This document shows positions 50,552 to 61,350 of a stretch of 64,000 bases of DNA, one piece after another. The translations under genes and the position numbers were made by a program. The notes beneath the pieces are model-generated. The model had not been told where the DNA came from. It worked only from the letters and a program-made list of their open reading frames with translations, and did not search any database. The DNA lies in assembly GCF_028641065.1 (NCBI RefSeq), contig NC_073387.1, forward strand, positions 47,430,001-47,494,000. Direction: 5' to 3'. Within the stretch, counting starts at the first letter, position 1; each line of letters opens with the position of its first letter. Origin of the DNA: Leucoraja erinacea (lineage: Eukaryota).

Positions 50552-52302
50552 CAGGTGCACAACCTTTTATCCGAAGATCCAAATAACGAAAACCTCCGAA
50601 TAGCGACATTTTTTCAGTCCTTGAAGAAAGGTCCTCGAAAACGTTCACCGAGGGCGGCCCGCAGGGGTCCTCGAAGAAAGGGGAACTAAAGCCCCATTCA
50701 TAAAAGAGACGGTGAGGGTATATTGCGCGGGAGGCTTAATAATTGACAATCTGCTGCTGCCTGCCCGCTGAGTTAAACAGTTCCCACGGTAGACTCACGA
50801 TACACAGTGTATCGTGAGTCTTGCGTGGGAACGTTTTAACTCAGCGGGCAGGCAGCAGCAAATTGTCGCTCCCTTCAGTTTCATCCCACCTACACCCCTC
50901 TGCTTTCCGGCTATGTGTGTGACCCCTTCCCTCCCCTCTCCAGCTCCCCACGCATTGCACCGGCGTGGGGGCTTTGCACTGTCTTCACGTTGTAGCCAGT
51001 GCCAGTCACTGGAGACGTCAGGACCAACGGGACACCGACCCCCAGGCCCACTACAAGCACGGAGATCCCAGAGACCCATAGCCAGCAGCAGCCCAGCCCC
51101 GTTCCAACTCCAAAGGAAAACTGCAAACTGGCCCTAGACGTCAGGACCAAAATTACTGTTATTGAGCCCCCAGGCCCACTGCAAGCACTACCCAGAGACC
51201 CACAGCCAATTTAGCCCAGTCCCCGTTCCAATTCCAGAGTACAATTGCGCTCTCCGCCGTCCCCGTAGGGTAGAAGCTGATGGCTCGGGCTGTTACGTTC
51301 AAGCCACCCCCCTGTACAGGAGCTGAGACTGGGAACTGTGGGGTTGTTTGCAGTTGCAGAGTGAGGGGGCAAGGGCGGTACAGTTCCCAGTCTCAGCTCC
51401 ATTCCAGGGGGGTGACCGGAGACGTCAGGACCAACGGGACACCGACTGCAAGCACGGAGATCGCAGAGATTCACAGCCAGCAGCAACTCTAGCCCAGCCC
51501 CGCTCCAACTCCAGAGGAACCCGGGTTGCGGATGAGGGGGTGCAGCTCGGGCTGTGGGTGGAACTGCCGCAAGGCTGTAGCGGCGCATCGGGGAGCGGGT
51601 TCCTGTTGGTCCTGACGTCTCCGGCCACCCCCCTGGACAGGAGCTGAGAGACGTCAGGACCACCAGAAGCCGCTCCCCGATGCGCCGCATACAGCGACAA
51701 GTGGCAGTTCGCCCACAGCCCGAGCTGCGCCCCCCTCATCGGGACACCGACCCCCGTGCCCACTGCAAGCACGGAGATCCCAGAGACTCACAGCCAGCAA
51801 TTTCTAGCCCAGCCCCGCTCCAACTCCAGAGAGAACCCGGGTTGCGGATGAGGGGGCGCAGCTCTGGCTGTGGGCGAACTGCCACTTGTCGCCGTAGCGG
51901 CCCATCGGGGAGCGGATTCCTCTGGAGTTGGAGGGACAGGGAGACACAGCGGCTTTTGAGAATGGTGGGCAATCACTTCCAAAGTTCTGCCCACACAGTC
52001 AGTACACCTCTCCTGCACTTGTCTCCCGCACTAAGATCATCTCGCAGAGAATGATCCCAGCCTAACCCTCCCTATTCTCTCCTATTCTGCAAGAAAAAAT
52101 ACATTGAAGACTCAAACTCGCGATCGAGTAACTGCCGGGATCGAGGCGCAAACTCGCGACCTTGCGGATACGAGCCGAGCACTCTACCACTGAGCCAGCC
52201 GTTAAAATCTACGCTAAAAATCTTCCATTCCGAAAGCCGAAAAATTCTGAATTACGAAAAGTGTCTGGTCCCAAGGCTTTCGGATAAAAGGTTGTGCACC
52301 TG
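50552..52302. mobile_element. Non-autonomous Tc1/mariner-superfamily (pogo/Tigger-like) element, 1.75 kb
   Basis: Perfect 24-bp TIRs caggtgcacaaccttttatccgaa; TA duplication at 50550-50551 and 52303-52304; GC-rich internal repeats; no transposase. Confidence 0.85.
52131..52205 (-). pseudogene. tRNA-derived sequence (Thr-CGT-like arm) inside the DNA transposon
   Basis: Minus strand ggctggctcagtggtagagtgctcggctCGTatccgcaaggtcgcgagtt...tcgatcccggc: A box, anticodon arm and a disrupted T arm. Confidence 0.55.
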
Positions 52303-52418
52303 TATTACATTTCCAATTTGCCTCTGCAGGAAATGTTTACCAACCAATAATTTAATTGATGTTAGCATGTCTGCTGGAATACTTGAAACATTTACTTTTT
52401 CCCCAGAATTTTACTTAC

Positions 52419-52576
52419 ATCATGCATTGAATCCAAAAGTTTAGTCAGCTGATAAAAACGATGCCAGTTTTGGCTCGAGTTTCCCTCTTTCTTCACTATG
52501 GCTTTCCCCAGCTCTTTTATGTACGAGGTTCGAATCTCATCAAACGTAGCCTGGCTCTTCAAGCCATCTGTTGGTA
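52419..52576 (-). CDS. NR3C1: NR3C1 LBD exon (exon 8 equivalent) (I)[52 protein letters not shown]
   Basis: Acceptor cctctgcag, donor gtaagt, 158 nt; GR-type [32 protein letters not shown]. Confidence 0.97.
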
Positions 52577-53768
52577 CTGCAGAGGAAGAAAAACACCTTT
52601 TGTGATTTATGCAGTGAGAGTAAGCAAAAGCCATAACATAGCAATAGATGATATGGGATATAAATGGGAAATAAACGGTGGGCCAAAGGACCTGCTTCCA
52701 TGGTGCATCCATCCACCATCAATCAGTATTAGCCGAGTCCAAGTGCTGGAGTGTGGCTCCAATCTATGTCCTATCGTAGACCCAAAAATTACTGTTATTG
52801 AGCCTAATTATGAATTGACTAAACAGACAAATTTAATTTAGTACATTGATGTGCACAAACTTTTAAGTACAATTGCTTTAAGGTCTTGATTGTACACCAA
52901 CTGATTATTTATTTTCAGGATATGGGCACATTGCTAGCAACATTATCAAATATTGCCCATCATAGGTGCCCTCAAGGTGGTGAGTCACCTTCAATAATTG
53001 CTGCCGTCAAAGGCATTTAATGGATCCAACTTGAGAAAGCTAGTTATTAGGATAAATTGCCCAGGGCACTCATTAAGTAGTTTGGTGCTCAATCAAGCAT
53101 GACAGGAACGACATGAGGATTTTTGTTTGGTTTGTGGGTAAATCTAATGGCAAGATCACCGTTGGAATTTTAAAGAGGAAGTAGATCAGGCAATTTATGC
53201 AAGATCAGGAATTTGAGAGATGTGAAGAATTGGCACAGAAGAGGCAGTGTTCAGGAGCAGATGAGTATGATCAGGATGATGGCAGGATAGGCTGAAGGGG
53301 CCAAATGGCATACTCCTGCTATTTTCTTATGTTCTTGTATTCACTTTATAATTTTTCTATAATGGCATTACAAAATTAGAAATCAGTTCAGTTCATTGTC
53401 ACGTGTACTGAGGTACAGTGAAAAGCTTTTTGTTGTGTGCTAACCAGACAGCAGAAAAACAATACATGATTACAGTCAATCCATTTACTGTGTACAGATA
53501 CATGATAAGGGAAAACGTTTAGTGTAAGGTAAAGCCAGTAAAGTCCGGTCAAGGCTAGTCCGAGGGACATCAATCAAAGAGGTAGAAATCGTCAAATAAT
53601 ATTCAGATAATCATGACACAATGTACTGATATAAGAAACTGGCCACATTGCATTAACCCTTAATAGTTTATATATATTTATAACTGCACTGAGACTAAAA
53701 TCTACAAATTAACTGAAGGATTCACATGATGTGCCCAATCTAATAATATTACCAAGATGAATACCTAC

Positions 53769-53899
53769 TTGTGCCAAGCAGCAGTAATGCCTTCATGCAT
53801 AGATATTCTTCATAGGCAACCTTAAGGTTTCTGAAATCTACTGCAATGTTGCCCATTCCTTTGCACAAACTGTACATAGTTGACTGCTGCATCCGCTCC
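53769..53899 (-). CDS. NR3C1: NR3C1 LBD exon (exon 7 equivalent) (E)ERMQQSTMYSLCKGMGNIAVDFRNLKVAYEEYLCMKALLLLGT
   Basis: Acceptor ttaattaaag, donor gtaggt, 131 nt; phases match both neighbouring exons. Confidence 0.95.
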
Positions 53900-54019
53900 C
53901 TTTAATTAAAAAAGAAAATGTCAACATGTGCATCGTTCTTGTTATATTCCTTTACATTTGCTATTGAAAGAATTGCAAATTAAGTTTTTTACCCTGAACA
54001 CTTTTTTATATTCAATATT

Positions 54020-54250
54020 TAGACAATAGATAATAGATGTTGGGGTAGGCCATTCGGCCCTTCGAGCCAGCACCGCCATTCAATGTGATCATGGCTGATC
54101 ATCCCCAATCAGTGCCCCGTTCCTGCTTTCTCCCCATATCCCTTGACTCCGCTTTTTTTAAGAGCCCTATCTAGCTCTCTCTTGAAAGCATCCAGAGAAC
54201 CTGCCTCCACCGCCCTCTGAGGCAGAGAATTCCACAGACTCGCAACTCTG
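54020..54250 (-). mobile_element. CR1 3' tail
   Basis: Near-identical to 49492-49720; (tagacaa)n tail. Confidence 0.82.
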
Positions 54251-54939
54251 AGTTCATGTTCTTTTAAGCAATGATAATAGTATGTTTGCTGCTAAACCCC
54301 TCGTGCCAAAAACATGCTGTTTTCCATTGTCATTTGTCTGGCATTAAGGCATCAATTTAAGAACAATGGATTTCAGATACTGTCAAGTTGGGCTTGAGGT
54401 TATTTAGGAATTATCTCAGGCAGCTATCCAGGAAGTACAACACAACTTTCAACTTGCAGTTTAAATATTTTACTGAGTGTGAAATGAACACTGAAACATG
54501 CACATTGAGATTAAAAAATCTTAAATATCATACTAGTCTTGCAATTAAGGGTCTCAACCCGAAACACCACCAAATCCTTCTCTCCAGAGATGCTGCTTGT
54601 CCCGCTGAGTTACTCCAGCATTTTATGCCTATCTTCTTGTAATTAAGATGTCACTTAACTATAAAGATCTTAATGATTTTTATGCCCAAGGAGAAATTAC
54701 AATGTCTCTTCAAATACTGTTGTTTATCAGAGATACTGCGCCTTGTGAATGACTAAATATTGGCAGCATTGTGCAAGCTTAGTCAAGATCATCAAAAATT
54801 AATCTACTGATGATTCATTGTAATTGCATGAAGCACTGTCCTTAATCATACCATTCAATTCATTAACAGTGAACAGAAACATCAAGCAAAATAACAAAGT
54901 GCTAGATGAACAGCAGATTACACAGCACCTATGGTGGAA

Positions 54940-55150
54940 TAAACAAGGAACTGCAGATGCCGATTTACAAAAAAGACAAAAAGTGCTGGAGTAATTCAGC
55001 GAGTCGGGCAGCATCTCTGGATAACATAGATAGATGATATTTTGGGTCAGGTCTCTTCAGTCTAAAGAAGGGCCCCAACACAAAATGTCAGCCATCCATG
55101 TTCTCCGTTAGATGCTGCCTAACCCACTGAAATACTCCAGCACTGTGGTT
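54940..55150. mobile_element. Penelope-derived inverted pair (older copy)
   Basis: aaggaactgcagatgc...gtgctggagtaa...gcagcatc followed by gatgctgcc...tactccagcac. Confidence 0.65.
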
Positions 55151-57238
55151 TACTTAGAATCTATGGAGGGAATGGACAGACCAAGGTTGAGACTGGGACC
55201 CTTTCTTCAGACAAAGACTAGGGTAAGAAAGCTGAAGAGAAGTAGGAACGAGGCAAAGCCTGACAAGTAATTGGTTAACAGTAGAGATAGTGACAAAGGT
55301 GCAAAGGAGACAAAATTGTTTCAGGTAAGGAAAGAGAAGAAGGGGTGAAAACAAACTTTCCCATGGCCAGAACTAACCAGGGCTATCATTAGAGGCCATC
55401 AGCACCTTTATCAGCCCATCGAGAAGCAATGATAAAGCAAGAACAACTCTGAGATATCTGTGTCTTCATCAGTCTCTCTGCTGATTGGCACAAAAATTGA
55501 TGAGGACACAGGATTTTGGTGCAATTACTTAAAAGGGAAAAATAGTATTGTGAGAATTATGCAAGTGCTTATTAACACTGCAACATTCTGGAACTTCCAC
55601 AAGAGGATGTGGTGAAATTATGTGTCACCATTCAATAATAATATCTCTTTTGTGCCCTAAATATTTGCTACCAATCTGTGGCGTTCTGATGATGGCATCA
55701 TATGATAGACTGCAAGCTTGCATCTCTTTTGCTTTACAATGGGGCAAGGTGGATCCCGTCCAAAATTGAATTTCATCAGATGTTAGAAATTAATAGGAAA
55801 ACATTAGATCCCCTGTTCCGTATATTTACCACCTTTCAGATGAAGTTAGCCAGTTTAGATTGATCTGGGTGTAAGTAAAAATCCATATTAAAACTACTCT
55901 ATGGTTTATATTTTTTGTAATTATGCATTCAAGCAGTTCTGTTATACCAGGGTGCACGTGCATAACTTCCCTGTTAATCTCAACCAAATGTTTTTAAAAT
56001 TCTATCTCTAGAGCTTACTGAGCTGGTTTATCTCATTGTTTATTAAAGTGATCTTGTGGTTTTCCACTCCCTTGCAAAAATTCCCTTATCTTTATCACAG
56101 AGCTGTACAGTTTGGAGCACAGCAAGTTACTACCAAGTAACCTCCAAACTGGAACATGACCCACAATGATTGGAGCCACCTTCTTTTCCAATATCCTTCC
56201 TAGCAGGTAACACAACTGTATGTTTTGATAAGGGCTTTTGACCTGAAACGTAAACTGTTTTTCTTTCCGCCTGACCTGCTGGGTATTGAATAAAACGCTT
56301 TCTGTTTTTGTTTCAGATTTCAGTAAAGCACATGGTTTCCCCAATCATGAAATTCTTCTGAAATACCACACAAGCTTTGTTTCTTTTCTCCCGTCTGCAC
56401 AGATCGCCTCCTCCAAAATAAGCATTTTGACAAGCCTAACAAAGGATAAATATCTGTGTGTTCTTGTGTTACATCCCAATTGTATTTCCCTTATCCTGCA
56501 CGTTATCGATCATATCAATCTTGTTCTGATCCTTCATCTTTGTACATGGACCATGGAGTTGGCGGAAAAAGATTAAATTACTGACATGGATTGAGGGATT
56601 AAATGCTTCATTTCCAGGTTTGGCAGACAGTGACACATGGCGAACCATAAGTATCTGTGCTTGAGCCTGAGGTATACACAATCTGTATACTCAAGTAACA
56701 GGCAATTGCACTACAAGGTAATCAAAGATATGGGGAGAGCACAAGGGAAGTGTTTTAGAGACAAGGGTGTGATTGGGTTAGCCATGATAACATTGAATAG
56801 CGGAATTGGCTTATGAGATGATGACACACAGTACTGGAGTAACTCAGCGGGTCAGGCAGCATTTCTGGAGAAATAGAATGTGACGTTTTGGGTCAGAACC
56901 CTTCTTCAGACTGATTCAGATGATTGCATGTCCTTTTCCTGTTTCTTTTGCAGATTCACGTTACTTGGATCCCATTTCTCCTTTTCCTTTTAAACAAAAT
57001 GCCACTCTACTAGTAAAAGTTAGAGTACTACCACAACACTGGGATGTACCGTCAGCTATCCATTGCTGTCACTTCAAAGGGTGAAACCGATTGCCCAGCT
57101 CAGGTTCACAGCAATATTATGTTTTAATTAAAATAACTATTACCATATCATCATTTTGTTCTTCTTTCGAAGGCAAGTTTTTGGGATTATGAATATTTTT
57201 TAAGAATCACCCATGCCAACTTGTGATGCAGTACTTAC

Positions 57239-57383
57239 TCATTGAAGATGAGATCTGGTGCAAAGAAGAGCATGCTACTATTGGAGTGTTTATAAGATCT
57301 CCAAGCAAGACTGAAAACCATAAGGGACATCCAAGAATATTGCAGTAACATCATTTGGTCATCCAGGTGTAAGGATCTGAATC
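57239..57383 (-). CDS. NR3C1: NR3C1 LBD exon (exon 6 equivalent) (G)[47 protein letters not shown](E)
   Basis: Acceptor ctttctgcag, donor gtaagt, 145 nt. LHLDDQM is GR-type (MR has LPLEDQI). Confidence 0.96.
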
Positions 57384-57520
57384 CTGCAGAAAGAAACAAA
57401 TATTCTACATGATTCCTCTTGAATATCAGTAAACATCATCGGACACTGTAGCACTGGATATCTTAGGAATGATCTTCTAACAAAAAGTTTAATTTCTCAA
57501 ACAAACATTAAAATATTGCT

Positions 57521-57698
57521 TAAGAAGGAACTGCAGATGCTGGAGAATCGAAGGTACACAAAAAAGCTGGAGAAACTCAGCGGGTGCAGCAGCATCTATG
57601 GAGCAGACTGAAGAAGGGTTTCGGCCTGAAACGTTGCCTATTTCCTTCGCTCCATAGATGCTGCTGCACCCGCTAGAGTTTCTCCAGCTTTTTTGTGT
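57521..57698. mobile_element. Young Penelope-derived fold-back insertion with a hammerhead-like core in the loop
   Basis: 16-bp duplication acattaaaatattgct (57505-57520 and 57699-57714); ~51-bp inverted arms (57554-57604 and 57649-57700); ctgaagaagggtttcggcctgaaacgtt at 57608-57635. Confidence 0.8.
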
Positions 57699-58637
57699 AC
57701 ATTAAAATATTGCTACTCCCACAAGGTTAGAACTCGATGGACACCATCTTAAAACCTTGCGTCATACCTTCAGCTTAGATTCCACTGGATGGACTAACTT
57801 ATTCCTGACAGGCGCTCCCAAACAAAGATGGTCCAAGACAGTAGAACTGTCATTAATAAAAACATGGCAATTCCCTGCACGCAGTTCAGAAAATGTTAAC
57901 ACAATAAACTAGAGCAATAGTGGCCCGAGAACCACTCCAACAATATCCGAGTCTTGTTGCCCGAGTACAGCTCCAACAATCAACAGATCAACACAATCCT
58001 TAACAAAAACAACTTGTTCGGCAACACATTTAGCAGCCGCAACATTAATTCCCTTTGCCACTGGTGCACCATTGTTGCAGTAAACACCATCGTCAAAATG
58101 GATTGCAAATACTCAGCTAGGCTACTCTGACACACAACTTCCACCACCAAAGATAAATCTAAAGAGGATCTTGGCATGAACCCTTTGAGGTGTATAATGA
58201 AGCTGGTCCATTTCAGGAACAGTGCTCCCACAATTTTCTATAATACTCTTCGTCATGGTCTTTTTTAGATATTAAGAGGCACAGCGCAGATGCTGCCCGT
58301 CCAGCTGAGCCGCTGTAGCACCGCGTGCGCAGCCCCGTTGATGGCCGGCGCTTGGCCCCCGCCGGGGCGGTTCGGCTAGAGAAACTGAATGGGTGACGTT
58401 TCGGTTCCGGAGATGTTGCCTGGCCTGCCGCAGCGTCCCGTGTGTGTCCCCTCCGGTGGCCGGTGCTCGGCCCCCGTTGCCACCAAACCTCTCCGTCTGA
58501 GTCACAACACCCTCCACCGAGCGGGCAAACTGACGACCACTGGACAGGGAGAGAGATGCGGCCTGCAGTCCCCGGGAGCCGGAATAGAGCTGGCACCGAA
58601 CCCCCCCTCCCGGCGAACCCGGTCCGACACCTCAGGC

Positions 58638-58681
<44 letters not shown>

Positions 58682-59009
58682 CGCATAAAGCATTCACTGA
58701 AACAAAGGTCTCAGAACCAAAGATAACACACAGCTGATCCGTAACCTCCAATGTTTATCTGTAGTGACCTATGACCCAGGCTTGCGCAGTCGGAATACCG
58801 AACTCGCTTATTGTGACAATCTTTGTGATTAAATAGTTTATAAGCACCTGGCTCTTGTGAATCACAAGCATATATTAGTCATTCAGATGAAGTATGACAA
58901 ATGGTATCCATGAAAATGTATGCTGGTAAGAGGTAAATGTATGCTGGTAAAAGGACCTATTTAAGAATGACTATGCCTATTTTCAAAGCACAATGCATTA
59001 TCACCAGAA

Positions 59010-59878
59010 CCAGGGTGTTTAGGCACTAAAAAACTCTGAAATAGGCAGGCAAAAAGGCATAATAAAAATTACAAAAAGGCACGAAAAAGACATTTATTGC
59101 TATAAAAAGGCGTAAAAAGGCATGTGTTTCCACCACCAAAATATGGTTAAAAATAATAATATATATATACTACATTAAATGACCAAAGTTGCTTGGTCGC
59201 ACATAATTACTAGCCTTTTTTTCAAATTATCTGATGTTAAACTATGCCGTCTGTCATACAGAATATGCTTCAGTTGTGAAAAACTTATTTCTACCTCAGC
59301 TGAGGTCACTGGTGCATACCTGAAACAAGCTACAGACTATATTCATGTCGATATCTTGTGCATTACAACTACCTTTGAGAGAACTTTAGCTATGTTTGTA
59401 TTTCTTCATGATCTTTGTTAGCTAAAATCACTCTCTCACATTTTCCTTGTATGTCTTTGCTACCTACATCGCCAGGAACTTTACGAATATCATCAGTTAC
59501 TTTGTTGAAAACCTTCAAGTTATTCACTAATGTTTCACCACGTTTCTCAAGGGAAGTGATTGCTTGTGGGAAGTTTGCAAAATTGGAAGCAATAAATAGA
59601 TTTTGGAGAAGACTGAACCAGCAGGCAGCGGCACGAATGAATGAACGGCCGACGGTGGCGCCCCCGGTGGTGGAAATTTTCTTGCAATTTATACTATGAT
59701 AGCACGTTAATAATAACATTAATATTAACATGTTGACATAGAAAACATGGTGTAACTAGAGAAAATAGCACAACATTTTAGCAAAACAGCAAAAAAAATG
59801 CTGATTTAGGCACTCGATTGTGAAAAAGGCATTATCTTGGTGAAATCATCAACAAAAGCATGAAAAAGTAAATCCTGG
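59010..59878 (-). mobile_element. Degenerate hAT transposon remnant (hAT19/CGGBP-like transposase C-terminus)
   Basis: Minus strand ~59330-59190 translates to ACFRYAPVTSAEVEISFSQLKHILYDRRHSLTSDNLKK (hAT dimerisation motif). Ends ccagg / cctgg; no clear target duplication. Confidence 0.6.
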
Positions 59879-59895
59879 CTATAATTATCACTTAC

Positions 59896-60168
59896 CTGGC
59901 AGAGTTTTTGCCCATTTCACAACCGAGATCATCTGTAGCCCACCCAAGTTATTCAATCCTGACAGAAGCCGGTTAGGCGTATCGGGCAAAGAGCTGTCAT
60001 ATCCTGCATACAACAGATCTGGCTCAATCATCTCAAGGATCGAGGTTACAGATGGACTTAAGACAGGCAATGAAGGGCGCACGAGAGTAAGGTCCTGTGA
60101 TACTGCCTTTGTTGTGGTTTCTGAGGTGCTGCTGTGTGGCGCCTTCATTTTCTTCTTTGTCTTCCGAG
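59896..60168 (-). CDS. NR3C1: NR3C1 hinge/LBD exon (exon 5 equivalent) (A)[10 protein letters not shown]...[49 protein letters not shown](G)
   Basis: Acceptor ttttatttgtag, donor gtaagt, 273 nt; NLS ARKTKKK as in GR. Upstream exons lie beyond the window. Confidence 0.96.
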
Positions 60169-61129
60169 CTACAAATAAAATTTTAGATTTACAGCAGTGT
60201 TTAAAAGAGGTGTCCCATCTGAGAGCGAAATCTTATTGGAAAGGCCATTGCTGTGACTGATAACGCGGCATCAATTGATTATGGCTTAATTATGAGATTG
60301 AGTCATAGTCATAGAGCGTGGAACCCTTCACGACCAACATGCCCAATCTACACTAGTCCCACCTGCCCGCGTTTGGCCCATAATCGCTTCAAACCAATCC
60401 TATCCATGTACATATCCAAATGATTTTTAAATGTTGGGATAGTACATGTCTCAACTAACTCTTCCAGCAGCTCATTCCAAATACCTACCACTCTTTGTGA
60501 AAAAAGGTTGCCCCTCAGGTTCCTATTGAAGCTTTCCAACCCACACCTTAACCTATGTCCTCTAATTCTTGATTCCTCTACATTGGGTAAGACTCTGTGC
60601 ATTTACTCTGTCTATTCCCGTCATGTTCTTATACACCTCTGTAAGATCACCCCTCATCCTCCTGCTCAACCTTTCCCTATAAGTTCAGGACCTTGCGTTC
60701 CGACACCCTCCTAAATCTTCACTGCTCCCTTTCCTGCTTAGCAACATCTTTCCTATAACAAGGTAACAGGACAGAACATCTATATTACTGAAAGTCTGAT
60801 ATTGACCACTTCCTATTGCTCTGTATATTGATTTTAGAAAAAAAGTTGCTGTGATTTTTGGCCATCTGCTGTGCAGGACAAGAGGATTTTCCCTTTTGAT
60901 GAAAAATCAAAGAGTTATTAGTGTTTAAAAAATGTGAAGGCCACGCCCCTTCCGGAGGGACTATAAAACCCAGAGGTGTTGAGTGCCTCAGTCAGTCTCT
61001 GCAAGATGGGGGAGCGAGAGGGTCACGTCTCTCAGTCTGAGCTGTGAATAACCCTGAACACATGTGTACTAAACTGTGAGCGTGGTTTTACTGACCTTGA
61101 GTGCCCTTAATGTGGTATGAAAATGAAAA

Positions 61130-61350
61130 TGTGGTTGGTTTGAAATAAAGCAAAGCAAATGGTGGTTGGTTTGAAATAAAGCACTGCAAATGGTAGTTGG
61201 TTTGAAATAAAGCACTGCAAATGGTGGTTGGTTTAAAATAAAGCACTGCAAATGGTAGTTGGTTTGAAATAAAGCACTGCAAATGGTGGTTGGTTTAAAA
61301 TAAAGCACTGCAAATGTTTGTTGGTGGTGGTTGGTTTGAAATAAAGCACT
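61130..61350. repeat. 31-bp minisatellite inside the Helitron
   Basis: Unit gaaataaagcactgcaaatggtggttggttt, ~6-7 copies. Confidence 0.9.

Noticed and set aside
52131-52205. Functional tRNA gene
   Set aside because: The T arm is disrupted by an insertion and the acceptor stem does not pair well; treated as a tRNA-derived relic.
57239-57383. Intragenic negative GRE (CTCC-N0-2-GGAG) reported in human exon 6
   Set aside because: No such motif in this exon; ggag and ctcc occur in the wrong order and spacing.
58640-58681. 42-nt poly-G run (and 26 G at 40239-40264) as functional G-quadruplexes
   Set aside because: The homopolymers sit at repeat edges, their length is unreliable in assemblies, and there is no other support.
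47236-60168. Mineralocorticoid receptor / ARHGAP10 as the alternative paralogue pair
   Set aside because: ARKTKKK, LHLDDQM and [16 protein letters not shown] are GR-type, and the SH3 sequence is ARHGAP26-type.
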